Part shown: piece after piece, positions 10,784 to 20,831 of the stretch
How positions within the stretch are numbered: position 1 is the stretch's first letter
Layout: every line of letters begins with the position of its first letter
From: Sulfolobales archaeon
Lineage (GTDB): Archaea > Thermoproteota > Thermoprotei_A > Sulfolobales > AG1
DNA: 64,000 bases
NCBI GenBank assembly: GCA_038867615.1
Contig: JAWBYA010000001.1
Location: forward strand, 544,001 to 608,000
Direction: 5' to 3'
Translations under genes and position numbers: made by a program
The notes under the pieces: generated by a model
Told to the model about the DNA's origin: nothing
The model's input: the letters and a program-made list of their open reading frames with translations, nothing else
Database searches by the model: none

Positions 10784-11077
10784 ATGCTCTACAAACATAG
10801 ACCAGCAATCATATCTACATAGCACCATAACCAACCCACAGATCAAGTTTATTAAAGGACTTGCTAGTAATTACAAAGGATTCTTTAACACATTATGTAA
10901 GAATAATAGATCGCCATGCACTCTCTCTAAGCTAAATCCCCACAAGCCTCTTGATAGCGATCCCACGCAGGGTGAGAGCTGTTTGTAGGAGAGACGGAAA
11001 TCCCATATAACGAGTATCAAAGGAAGATCAACTAGTATCTGAATATGGGTTATGTATGTGTATATATATACCTCTAG

Positions 11078-11554
11078 GTGATTATAACTGGTGATTGTTT
11101 GCCTATGAGTAGAATAGCCATAATAGCAGGTATTGTGGCAGTTATAGTTATCCTTACTATATACCTAGTCAGTCCCGGCTTGTTTGGCACCTACAGGGCG
11201 CCTCAGCAACCAGCCTCACCCACACCTACCACACCTATACCTACTAAGCCCACACCTGCTAGGGAGATAGAGGTTAAGCTCCGTGACAACTACTTCCAAC
11301 CCCGAACAATAACTATAAGCCTTAATGAAACCGTCAGGTTCGTGCTGAAGAATGAGGGGATGGTTGGCCATACCTTCACCATAGATGAGCTGGGGATCAA
11401 TGTAAGGTTAGCTCCTGGGGAGACAAAGACTGTGGAGATCGTGTTTAACAAGGCTGCAAGCTATACTTTCTACTGCATACCTCACAGAGGTATCGGCATG
11501 GTTGGGAATCTAACCATTGTAATGTCTACCCCTGCCCTTACCCCTAAGTATTAG
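11078..11554 (+). CDS. Membrane-anchored cupredoxin (type 1 blue copper protein)
   Basis: N-terminal TM helix, Pro/Thr linker, GHTF His plus CIPHRGIGM (Cys, His, Met ligands). Confidence 0.85.
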   Translation: MIITGDCLPMSRIAIIAGIVAVIVILTIYLVSPGLFGTYRAPQQPASPTPTTPIPTKPTPAREIEVKLRDNYFQPRTITISLNETVRFVLKNEGMVGHTFTIDELGINVRLAPGETKTVEIVFNKAASYTFYCIPHRGIGMVGNLTIVMSTPALTPKY

Positions 11555-11772
11555 ATACCCAAAACCTATAGATCCTTGGATCTTTTTTGAACCCCAAACT
11601 ATTTAGATAAGAACCCTTTCGCTGGGTCTGGGTGCTATTCATAGCTAGTAGAGATCCTTAAACATGTGAGCAGGCTGAAACCCGTGAGTAGGCATTTAGG
11701 AACGATGGTTGTTGGGTTTGAAGATCTGGTTTGGATGCTATGGTCTTTGTTTCTGGGGGTTTGTCCCTGTAT

Positions 11773-13440
11773 TTAGGATCGTGTTCTTCTCGTTTCTCTG
11801 GATGCTATGCTGTATAGGAGTCTTATGAGGATTATTATGACTGCCAGGGATCCTATTGTGAAGGCTGCGTGTCTTCTTATGAGTTCCGGGATTTCTTCGG
11901 GGTATTTTGATATTGCTTTGTTTGCTATGTATGTTTCAAGGATTATTCCGAAGGCTAGTAGGAGGAGTGTGAGGTTGAGTCCAAAGATGTTTGCTAGTTT
12001 TGCGTATTGTGTTGCGTTATTGATATGGGATCTATAGGATCTCCAGGCTATATATGGTATCGATACTAGTAGCACGATCCCCATTAGCACTATTACTATT
12101 ACCCCGTATGGGAGTAGCTCTCTTGGGAGGATCCAGAGGTTCTCGGCGGCTATGTCGAGAGCCACTGTAGCGAAGATCATTGCAACAATGCTGTAGATGA
12201 AGATAGAGAACCTCCCAGCCTGGCCGAAGATCACCTGCCTAGCCCTTGATACATAGCTCCTAGCGATCTCCTCGATCCTTTGTGGGACTAGCCTATGTAT
12301 AGCTCCCGCTATTTGTGCGTCGAATCTAGCAGCTATAGAGGATATCACTGCCGAGGAGAGTACCAAGTATATTGATAACAAGAGGTATAGAGAACCCAGG
12401 GACAGCATGCCATAGACATGGGAGGCTATTATGATCCCTAGCTCACTTATAGATGTCATATAAACCCCAACCCTGACAGCCTCCCTAGCCTCTATCCCCC
12501 AAATCCAGAGGGCTGTCGAGAACGCTGTGAATTTCACCACAATCACGGTGGGTATTATTAAGAGTAGCAGGGGTAACAGGGCCTCGGCAACAAGGCCGGA
12601 GCCTGCGAGAACCCCTCCCAGTGAGGAGAAATATAGGAGGAGCCCGAGCTCTCTCAAACCCATAAGCTGTGTAACAGCACCCCTGAGATCCACGGCTCTG
12701 CTGAGCGCAGCCCCAGCTATGAAGGCTCCGAGGAGCTGGCTTATCCCTGCAAGGCCGAAGACAACCCAGTAGAGGAGGGCTGCTGAGATTGCTATTATGG
12801 GGAGCATCTCAACGTCTCTCAATCTTTTCCCAAGGATCCTGAAGCCATAGATCCCTGCTATGAGCATTAGGGCTGCTATGAGCGCTATCCTGCCGGTTGA
12901 TACCACCACCCCCAAGGGATCCATGGCCTCGCTAACCATTACCAATAGTATTGCCAAGCCTCCGAGGGCAACCGTATCCTCTATAACGCTTGCCGAGAGT
13001 AGGAGGGATCTCACATCATCCCCAACCCTTCCCTGGATAGCCTTGTAGAGAATACCCGTCGATGTGTTGATCGCTATGAGGAATAGTACTAGGTGTTCAA
13101 GCCTGCTAAGGCCTAGAAAAGCGGAGATCAATCCTGTTAGGAGGTAGATTAGGAACATGGAGATGCTCTCAACAGCAAGGGCTTGTTTAATAGCACCCAT
13201 AGATCCTTTCCCACCGATCTCAGCACCTACCTCGAAGCCAAGGATAACCAGGCCCAGAGATGCTATCACAACACCCACATCCTGGGAAACCCCTATTATA
13301 GAACCAACCAAGCCGCCGAGGATATAGCCAACAATGCTGCTCAGCCCAGCCCTCCTGAGAATCATGGCTGCCGCTCCAGAGACAGAGATCACCACCAGCA
13401 GCGATGCCAGAGGATCTGTTAAGACGGCCATAACCCCCAT
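11773..13440 (-). CDS. Cation:proton antiporter (CPA2 family) with hydrophobic C-terminal extension
   Basis: VGYILGG, FEVGAE, NTST, VIEDT, GAFIAG and SELGIII motifs. Confidence 0.82.
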   Translation of the reverse strand: MGVMAVLTDPLASLLVVISVSGAAAMILRRAGLSSIVGYILGGLVGSIIGVSQDVGVVIASLGLVILGFEVGAEIGGKGSMGAIKQALAVESISMFLIYLLTGLISAFLGLSRLEHLVLFLIAINTSTGILYKAIQGRVGDDVRSLLLSASVIEDTVALGGLAILLVMVSEAMDPLGVVVSTGRIALIAALMLIAGIYGFRILGKRLRDVEMLPIIAISAALLYWVVFGLAGISQLLGAFIAGAALSRAVDLRGAVTQLMGLRELGLLLYFSSLGGVLAGSGLVAEALLPLLLLIIPTVIVVKFTAFSTALWIWGIEAREAVRVGVYMTSISELGIIIASHVYGMLSLGSLYLLLSIYLVLSSAVISSIAARFDAQIAGAIHRLVPQRIEEIARSYVSRARQVIFGQAGRFSIFIYSIVAMIFATVALDIAAENLWILPRELLPYGVIVIVLMGIVLLVSIPYIAWRSYRSHINNATQYAKLANIFGLNLTLLLLAFGIILETYIANKAISKYPEEIPELIRRHAAFTIGSLAVIIILIRLLYSIASRETRRTRS

Positions 13441-13651
13441 AAATGTGGTTCTAAATAGCTATTATACCGGGTTTAGTGATATGGCTACACAAGGTCTTTT
13501 CCAACTCTACAGTACGACCAACAGTGATTTCACCGGGTTGGCAGGTGTCTGGAGATCCCCTGGGCTTCGAATATCAGCGATATTGATGAATAGACAGACC
13601 CCAATTCCCCTGGATCAGCAGTATCGATATGCTACCTGCTCTTAATAATTG

Positions 13652-15028
13652 CTAGGTTATTCTCCTGCGCTTGAAGATCCCCCAGGCTCCTCTCCTAGCC
13701 CTCTCGAGGGTCTCTAGGCTTAGCATTCTCCCCGAGAGGTATATGAGAACCGCGACCACGGCTCCCGAGACTGCTAGGTAGATGTAGATCTCGGGTCCTG
13801 GGCTGAGCCCTGAGAAAGCCATTCTCGAGTATAATATGGTACCGGTTAGCGGGTTTGTTAGGAGCAGCCATCCCGGCACCCTCTGTGGGTCTAGATAGAA
13901 TGCAGCTATAGCGAATATTATTATCGGTGGTGTGAGGCTTCCGGAGATCGTGTAGGCCATTCTGACATCGCTACTCATCCCACCTATTATTATGCCCAGT
14001 ACTCCTGCGAGGATTGTTACTTCTATGATATATATAGCTAGGATCGCGATTGATGAGAGGCTGGGCATCACGAGATCCACGATCCTTGCGACGCTATAGT
14101 TTCCTAGATGGATTCTCAGGAGATCCTGAACCTCTGCAGGGATTGGAGCACCTGTGATAGGAGTGCTGATCGTTATATTCACAGCCTGGGTACCGCCCCT
14201 AACACTCTCCATAATCATGTTCTGGTATATAATGAAACCGGTTACAAAGCCCAGCACGGAGAGACCCCCTATAATGGCTGAGGCCGTTAGTTTAGCCATC
14301 GTTATGCTCCACCTAGGTAGGGGCATTGAGAAGAGGATCTCGAGGGTCTTCTCCTCATTCTCGATAGCCATCGATGTAGCGCTATACTGGAGTATGAGGA
14401 ATATTATGATTGTGACTATTATTGGTATCATTAGTGCGGCAATTAGCAGGAACGCTATATCGCCAGGCCCTATACCCCCTATAATTGCTTTCCTCTCCTC
14501 AATATATGGGATATATGATGTTATGGAGGGGGCTATTATTGAGTTTGCGAGAGCGGCTAGATTCATGGCGCTGAGTAGATAGGTTCTCGAGGCTTCTGTA
14601 AGAGCTCTGGAGACCCGTTGTGTGACCTCTTCACCCATGGTTGTGGATGCGGAGAGCGTGTAGACCAGATATGCCGATACCCTGCCCCCGCTGAGAAGAT
14701 CCCTTATAGATGTGGCATTTATGATCAGAAGAGCATCGGCCTTCTCGGGGAAGCTACCCTTAGGAGCTATCTTTATATTGCTGAGGGCGAAGAAGTTGCT
14801 GAGTATCGATGAGAATGCATCTAGATCCGGGGATTGCCCTATATATTGAACCTCAACCGATAACTCCCTTGTAAAGGCCTCGACACTCTCTCGTAGTATT
14901 AGTGAGCTCTGTGCATATCCTAGTGCTGGGAATATTAGGAAGCTTATTAGGATTGGAACCCAGATCCTAGGGTCTCTTAGGAGATCCTTGACCTCCTTCT
15001 CTATTAGGGGTCTGAGCATAAAGCTCAC
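13652..15028 (-). CDS. ABC-2 exporter permease (NatB-like)
   Basis: KEVKDLLRDPR and ENEEKTLEILFSMP motifs; overlaps the ATPase gene. Confidence 0.85.
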   Translation of the reverse strand: MSFMLRPLIEKEVKDLLRDPRIWVPILISFLIFPALGYAQSSLILRESVEAFTRELSVEVQYIGQSPDLDAFSSILSNFFALSNIKIAPKGSFPEKADALLIINATSIRDLLSGGRVSAYLVYTLSASTTMGEEVTQRVSRALTEASRTYLLSAMNLAALANSIIAPSITSYIPYIEERKAIIGGIGPGDIAFLLIAALMIPIIVTIIIFLILQYSATSMAIENEEKTLEILFSMPLPRWSITMAKLTASAIIGGLSVLGFVTGFIIYQNMIMESVRGGTQAVNITISTPITGAPIPAEVQDLLRIHLGNYSVARIVDLVMPSLSSIAILAIYIIEVTILAGVLGIIIGGMSSDVRMAYTISGSLTPPIIIFAIAAFYLDPQRVPGWLLLTNPLTGTILYSRMAFSGLSPGPEIYIYLAVSGAVVAVLIYLSGRMLSLETLERARRGAWGIFKRRRIT

Positions 15029-15759
15029 CTTGAGACAAGCTTGAGGAATGCTTCCTCGAGGTTCCTAGCACCCTGGCTTGCTATGATATCGCTCACACTC
15101 CCCTCAGCTATTATGTAACCCTTATCGATTATAGAGACCCTCTCACAGAGATCCTCAGCCTCCCCCATCTCGTGTGTTGATAGGAGTATCGTTGTCCTAT
15201 AGCTCTTTGAATAGCTCTTTATAGTTCTCCTTATCTCTGCCTTCTGCACGGGGTCGAGGCCTGCTGTCGGCTCGTCCAGGATCGCTACCTTGGGGAGGAT
15301 CATTAAAGCCCTCGCAACCTGGATCCTTCTCTTCATACCCTTGGAATACTGCTTCATAGGCCTCGCCAGATCCTTCTCCGACAACCCAGAGATCTTTATA
15401 CCCCTTTCAAGAACCTCCTCGGCCTCCCCACCCCTAAAATAGATCTTGGATACTATTGAGAGGTACTCAAGCCCAGATATGTTTCTATAGGTCCCAACCT
15501 CTTCAGGAAGATAGGATATGATCTCCCTAACCCTGCTAGCCTCCCTCACAACGTGGTATCCCTCTATATATGCATCCCCAGATGTTGGGAGAATCAGTGT
15601 TGAGAGGATCCTGAAAGTAGTTGTCTTACCAGCACCGTTGGGTCCTACGAGGCAATATATAGAGCCCCTATCGACCTTAAAAGAGATCCCGTTAAGGGCA
15701 CGCACAGACCCTCCATAGATCTTTACAAGCTTATCAACTATAACACTATGTTCACCCAT
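15025..15759 (-). CDS. ABC exporter ATP-binding protein (NatA-like)
   Basis: GPNGAGKTT, YSKGMKRR, LDEPTAGLD and STH motifs. Confidence 0.9.
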   Translation of the reverse strand: MGEHSVIVDKLVKIYGGSVRALNGISFKVDRGSIYCLVGPNGAGKTTTFRILSTLILPTSGDAYIEGYHVVREASRVREIISYLPEEVGTYRNISGLEYLSIVSKIYFRGGEAEEVLERGIKISGLSEKDLARPMKQYSKGMKRRIQVARALMILPKVAILDEPTAGLDPVQKAEIRRTIKSYSKSYRTTILLSTHEMGEAEDLCERVSIIDKGYIIAEGSVSDIIASQGARNLEEAFLKLVSR

Positions 15760-15964
15760 AAATACCCCGGGATATATCTTGCGGTGCGGTTTATTAATGT
15801 TAACAAGGCTTATTATCCAGTAGATCTTGTTTAAAGAGCCCTGCGAACACCAGATCTTATGAAGCTATAAAGATCCTCGTGTTCGGTGTGCATAGCGATC
15901 CACAGATCTACGGGCTATATGTTGATATTGCCGCATGGATTCCCATAGATCGCGGGTTTGGATC

Positions 15965-16687
15965 TTAGTGGTGTGTTGTCTCTCTCCTAGAGATCCTCTC
16001 ACTATCCCCCAGGATCCAGTATTCACCGCTCTCCCTCGATTCCAGCTTCCATATCCCTGTTGTGTGTTTAACCATCTCTATAGCTTCCCTCATCGCTTCG
16101 AGGGCTTCTTTTCTACCCCTGCTCTGGATCGCTATGATCATTGCGGGGTCGCCTGGTTTTAGATCGCCCTCCGCATGATAGATCCTTACGTAGCCCACAC
16201 CATGTTTCCTCTTAACCTCCTCAGAGATCTCGTGGAATCTCTTTATCGAGTATTCCCTGTGAACCTCGTAGTGGAGGCTGTCAACCCTCTCCCCATCGAC
16301 GGGGCTTTTCACAATCCCTATGTAGATTAGCAGGGCTCCAAGACCCTCTTCTCCAGCGTGTTTTCTTGCATCCTCTAGAATCGATTCTATGCTTGGCATC
16401 TTTCCTCCCAGCACTATCCCGTGATCGTCGCACCCGCCTGAGGCTGGTGGCAATAGATCCACTGTATCGCCGTTACCCAGCCTGTGCTCTAGGGGTGCGT
16501 AGAGCCCGTTGACGAGTGTTATTATCGAGGATAGTCTTTTCTCGAGGAAACTTCCTAGCTTGCTGTTCTTCCTACCAAGGATGTCTAATAGATCCCGGAT
16601 CGTGGCTCCCTCTGGGATCTCGATCTGATCTTTATCAGCCCCATAGAGATCCCTGAGGATCGCGTAGAACCTCACATTCACCTTCAA
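15965..16687 (-). CDS. moaE: MoaD/ThiS-MoaE fusion (molybdopterin synthase)
   Basis: Ubiquitin-like domain VRFYA...LLPPASGG followed by a MoaE domain (FIGIV-like YIGIVK, HAEGDL, IWKLE); start trimmed to TTG at 16687. Confidence 0.85.
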   Translation of the reverse strand: MKVNVRFYAILRDLYGADKDQIEIPEGATIRDLLDILGRKNSKLGSFLEKRLSSIITLVNGLYAPLEHRLGNGDTVDLLPPASGGCDDHGIVLGGKMPSIESILEDARKHAGEEGLGALLIYIGIVKSPVDGERVDSLHYEVHREYSIKRFHEISEEVKRKHGVGYVRIYHAEGDLKPGDPAMIIAIQSRGRKEALEAMREAIEMVKHTTGIWKLESRESGEYWILGDSERISRRETTHH

Positions 16688-16763
16688 AGAATACCACCTG
16701 TATTTATAACCTCCAGCCCTTTTCAATACCGCATCGAAGAGATCCTTCTATTTGTTATTAGAG

Positions 16764-17471
16764 TCATGCCGAGCCTAATAGATCGAGGCCGAGGGCTCTC
16801 TCTATGCTTGTCGTGATCTTGCACACAACCTCCCAGGCGTCGAGGCTCTCGCCATAGATCGAGATCCTCTCGAAACCTGCTGAGAGTATTCTTTCCGAGA
16901 ACTCCCCCTTCTGGAAGCCTCCTATCAATATATATGGTTTGAGGGATCCTGCTACCCTGCTACCAAGGATCCATGGATCCTCCCTCCTACCCTTCTCATC
17001 AAGCAGGACTACTAGGTCTGGGGATTCGCTCCTAAGATACTCGATCAGATCCCGCTCAACCAGATAGATCAAGGGCTTATCACTCCCAGGCGGGGCCGAG
17101 CCTTTGGTAAGCACCTGCTCCATAAGCCCCACAAACCTATTATAATTCCTAACAATCCTAACCCCCTCTGTAACAAAGACAAGACCATGCCTTGTCTCGA
17201 TAACAGCCCTAGCCATCCCTCTTCTCCAGAGTATCGATGATCCCAGGGTGAGGAGTGTTGTGTGTATAATATCAGGCCTACCCCTCTTAAACCAATCCCT
17301 GAGATGCCTCCTCATAGATCTATAGTGATATGATATGTCAAGCAACATCCCCCTAGGATCTACACCCCTCCTCCTGGCACTCGAGACAACATCCCTAGAT
17401 CTTACAAGCTCTGGGGGAACAAGCTCTAGAGCCGCCTCTACAAGAACGAACGTGACCATGCTTAGAGGCAA
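16764..17471 (-). CDS. nep1: 16S rRNA pseudouridine N1-methyltransferase Nep1/Emg1
   Basis: EAALELVP, LLDISYH, RGRPDIIH, RNYNRFVGLMEQ and IGGFQKG motifs. Confidence 0.92.
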   Translation of the reverse strand: MPLSMVTFVLVEAALELVPPELVRSRDVVSSARRRGVDPRGMLLDISYHYRSMRRHLRDWFKRGRPDIIHTTLLTLGSSILWRRGMARAVIETRHGLVFVTEGVRIVRNYNRFVGLMEQVLTKGSAPPGSDKPLIYLVERDLIEYLRSESPDLVVLLDEKGRREDPWILGSRVAGSLKPYILIGGFQKGEFSERILSAGFERISIYGESLDAWEVVCKITTSIERALGLDLLGSA

Positions 17472-17716
17472 GGGATCCCTTGGGAATCTTGGTGAGCCCC
17501 GATATATTGTGCTGAGCCCTAGCCCGGCATGGTTGTGTTAGCTATAGGATCTAGAGAGGCTTGTGGGAAATAGAACAGAGGTGGTTTTCACGGGGTTAGC
17601 AGTATTTATCTATACATTCTGTTACCACGATCCGCATCATGCCGATTTTTACCGATTTATTCTATCTGTATGGTTTGTTTTTATAATATAAATCTAAGTT
17701 TTGTATTTTTAAATTT

Positions 17717-19795
17717 ATGCTTATATACCCCTATGTTTATGTATCAAGGTGGACTTTTGTGGGTGAGGAGCCCAGAATACTTGGCGAGGCCCTTCCGTTT
17801 GAGGAGAAGATAGAGCTTAAGAACTGGGCTGGGAGGCATGTTAGTATTGAGAGCTATTTCGAGTACCATAGAAAGACTCTTGAGAACTTCGATGAGTTCT
17901 GGCTCTCGGTTGCTAAGGAGCTGGATTGGTTCTCACCACCCTCAAAGGCTGTCGAGCCTGGTGACTACCCCTATGTCTATAAGTGGTTCCCGGATGGTAG
18001 GATAAACATCTCCTACCTAGCCCTCGATAGGCATGTTAGGAGTTGGAGGAAGAATAAGGTAGCCTATATATGGGAGGGGGAGCCTGTAGATCCTGATGGT
18101 AGGCCTAAGGAGGTTAAGAAATACACTTACTACGATCTCTGGAGGGAGGTTAACAGGGTTGCCTATGTATTGTCAAGGAATTTTGGGCTTAAGAAGGGGG
18201 ATAAGATCGCGATCTACCTCCCAATGATCCCTGAGCTCCCGGTATTCATGCTAGCAGCAGCAAGGCTGGGGATAATATTCACGGTAGTCTTCGCAGGATT
18301 CACTGCTGAGAACCTCGCAACAAGGATCAACGACCTCGGTGCAACCCTCCTAGTAACTGTTGATGGCTTCTATAGAAGGGGTAAGGTGATCAGGCTTAAG
18401 GATGTAGCCGACAGGGCTATTGAGAAGTCGCCAAGCATAAAGAACGTGATCGTTGTTAGAAGGCTCGGGATAGATGTGAACATGGTTGATGGGAGGGATT
18501 ACTGGCTTGACGAGCTCCTTAAGGGGGTTCCTCAGAATGCATATGTAGAGCCTGAGAGGCTTGAGAGCACCCACCCGCTATATGTTCTATACACCTCGGG
18601 GACTACTGGGAAGCCTAAGGGTATTATACATGACCACGGCGGCTATTCTGTCCTCCTCCATGCTACGATGAAGTGGGTTTTCGATGTGAGGGATGACGAT
18701 ATATTCTACTGCACAGCAGATATTGGCTGGGTTACTGGGCATAGCTATATAGTCTTCGGACCCCTGATGGAGGGGCTCACAACGGTGTTCTACGAGGGGG
18801 TTCCAGACTACCCGGCTCCTGATAGGTGGTGGTCTATGGTGGAGAGGTACGGGGTAACTGTGTTCTATACAACACCAACGGCTGTTAGAATGCTAATGAG
18901 ATATGGTGATGAGTGGGTTAGGAAGCACGATAGATCTAGCTTGAGACTGATCCACAGCGTTGGCGAGCCGATCAACCCCTCAGCATGGAGATGGCTATTC
19001 GAGGTTGTTGGTGAGAAGAGATGCCCCGTAGGATCTACATGGTGGATGACAGAGACAGGAGGGATACTGGTATCCAAAGCCCCCGGACTAGCCCTAGTCC
19101 CTCTAAAGCCTGGAGCAAACGGCCCCCCTCTACCCGGTGTGGATGCGGATGTTGTTGACGAGGATGGAAACCCCGTGGAGCCTGGTAAGAAGGGTTTTCT
19201 AGTTATAAAGAGACCATTCCCAGGCATGCCAGCACCCCCGACAGGTATGTGGGGCGATCCACAGAGATATGCTCAGGTTTATTTCGAGAGGATAAAGGGT
19301 AAGGGTTACTTCTATAGCGGGGACTATGCTGTGAAGGATAGGGATGGCTATATATGGGTGCTCGGCAGGGCTGACGAGGTTCTCAAAGTAGCTGGGCACA
19401 GGATAGGGACATACGAGCTCGAGTCCGTCCTAGTATCCCACAAGGCTGTGGCTGAGGCCGCTGTAGTGGGGATCCCTGATCCTGTTAAGGGCGAGGTCCC
19501 CATAGCATATGTGGTGCTTAAACAGGGCTATGAGCCTAGCCAGCAGATAATCGAGGAGCTCAAGGAATGGGTTAGGAAGAACTACGGACCAATAGCGGTG
19601 CCCAACAATATATTCCTAGTCACGAAGCTCCCCAAGACGAGGAGTGGGAAGATAATGAGGAGGCTTGTAAAAGCAGTTGCCACCGGAGCGCCGTTAGGCG
19701 ATATAACAACCCTCGAGGACGAGGCCGCTGTTGATGAGGTTAAAAAGGCTTACGAGGAGTTCGTAAAAGCTGTTAAGGAGAGCAGGACAGCTTAG
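17717..19795 (+). CDS. acs: Acetyl-CoA synthetase (AMP-forming)
   Basis: YTSGTTGKPKG, TADIGWVTGHSY, WWMTETGG and PKTRSGKIMRR motifs. Confidence 0.95.
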   Translation: MLIYPYVYVSRWTFVGEEPRILGEALPFEEKIELKNWAGRHVSIESYFEYHRKTLENFDEFWLSVAKELDWFSPPSKAVEPGDYPYVYKWFPDGRINISYLALDRHVRSWRKNKVAYIWEGEPVDPDGRPKEVKKYTYYDLWREVNRVAYVLSRNFGLKKGDKIAIYLPMIPELPVFMLAAARLGIIFTVVFAGFTAENLATRINDLGATLLVTVDGFYRRGKVIRLKDVADRAIEKSPSIKNVIVVRRLGIDVNMVDGRDYWLDELLKGVPQNAYVEPERLESTHPLYVLYTSGTTGKPKGIIHDHGGYSVLLHATMKWVFDVRDDDIFYCTADIGWVTGHSYIVFGPLMEGLTTVFYEGVPDYPAPDRWWSMVERYGVTVFYTTPTAVRMLMRYGDEWVRKHDRSSLRLIHSVGEPINPSAWRWLFEVVGEKRCPVGSTWWMTETGGILVSKAPGLALVPLKPGANGPPLPGVDADVVDEDGNPVEPGKKGFLVIKRPFPGMPAPPTGMWGDPQRYAQVYFERIKGKGYFYSGDYAVKDRDGYIWVLGRADEVLKVAGHRIGTYELESVLVSHKAVAEAAVVGIPDPVKGEVPIAYVVLKQGYEPSQQIIEELKEWVRKNYGPIAVPNNIFLVTKLPKTRSGKIMRRLVKAVATGAPLGDITTLEDEAAVDEVKKAYEEFVKAVKESRTA

Positions 19796-19853
19796 CTTGA
19801 GCTTTTCTTTTTAACCTATACAGGGCAATGATCCGGTTTTGCGGGGTCTTGCT

Positions 19854-20819
19854 CTAAAAACCACCGTTGATCTCTATGAACTCCATGGTTTCGTCATAGG
19901 TTGGCATTGCTTCGGAGCATGAGTGTCTTGTAACAACTATGGCTCCTACGGCGTTGCCGAATCTCAGGGATCTATATAGATCCCAGCCTTTTAGGAGGCC
20001 GTAGAGAAGGCCTGCTATGAATCCATCGCCGGCTCCTAATCCTTTGAGATGGTTCACTATATATGGCTTAGCCCTCACAACCTCTCCCTTGCTTGTCAAT
20101 GCGATCGAGCCTTCTCTTCCGAGGGTTGCTACTAGGAGGGCTTCGCTGTTAATATCCCTCGCTGTTTTTAAAGCCTCCTCTAGATCTGTTTTTCCTGTTG
20201 CAGCCTCATACTCCGATCTATTGCCGATCATTATGTTAGCGATCTCCATGGCTTTTCTATAGTATTTCAGCCTCTCGGCCTCGCCTATGTTTCTCCAAAG
20301 GCTTGGTCTCCAGTCTAGGTTGAGCACTGCTCTAGACCCTCCTCTCCTCGCTAGCTCGAGTGCATAGTAGTTCGCGCTTCTAGATGGCTCTGCACTAAGC
20401 CCTGTACCTGTTATAACAACAGCTCCAGCAGATTCTACGGCTTCGCTTGGTATGTCTTCTATTCTTAGGAGTAGGTCGCTTGCCTTCTCTCTATAGAATA
20501 TGAATCTCCCATCCCTCCCCGGGATTATCTCTGCAAATACTATCCCCACCTTACCCTCGGGATCTTTCTTGATGAACCTCGCATCAACCCCCATCCTCGA
20601 TAGCTGTCTAACAATATACTCTCCCAGCTCGTCATCACTCACCCTGGTTATTAATGCTGATCTAAGCCCGAGTCTTGCAGCACCAACAGCTATGTTGGCA
20701 GCACTGCCTCCAACGTATCTGGCAAACCTCACTGCTTCTTCTAGCGGTGCGTAGAGATCTAGGGAGTATAGGTCTATCCCAGCCCTCCCGATCGTTATTA
20801 CATCGTACCTCTCAGCCAC
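19854..20819 (-). CDS. iolC: 5-dehydro-2-deoxygluconokinase (IolC, PfkB family)
   Basis: IGRAGIDLY, YVGGSAANIA, FYRE, DWRPSLW, GAGDGF and HSCSEAMP motifs typical of IolC; iol neighbourhood. Confidence 0.87.
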   Translation of the reverse strand: MAERYDVITIGRAGIDLYSLDLYAPLEEAVRFARYVGGSAANIAVGAARLGLRSALITRVSDDELGEYIVRQLSRMGVDARFIKKDPEGKVGIVFAEIIPGRDGRFIFYREKASDLLLRIEDIPSEAVESAGAVVITGTGLSAEPSRSANYYALELARRGGSRAVLNLDWRPSLWRNIGEAERLKYYRKAMEIANIMIGNRSEYEAATGKTDLEEALKTARDINSEALLVATLGREGSIALTSKGEVVRAKPYIVNHLKGLGAGDGFIAGLLYGLLKGWDLYRSLRFGNAVGAIVVTRHSCSEAMPTYDETMEFIEINGGF

Positions 20820-20831
20820 TGGGATCCTGCA

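Noticed and set aside
10935-10950. Short match (AATCCCCACAAGCC) to the dispersed element, also resembling 17556-17567
   Set aside because: Only about 13 bp and the flanks do not align, so it cannot be distinguished from chance
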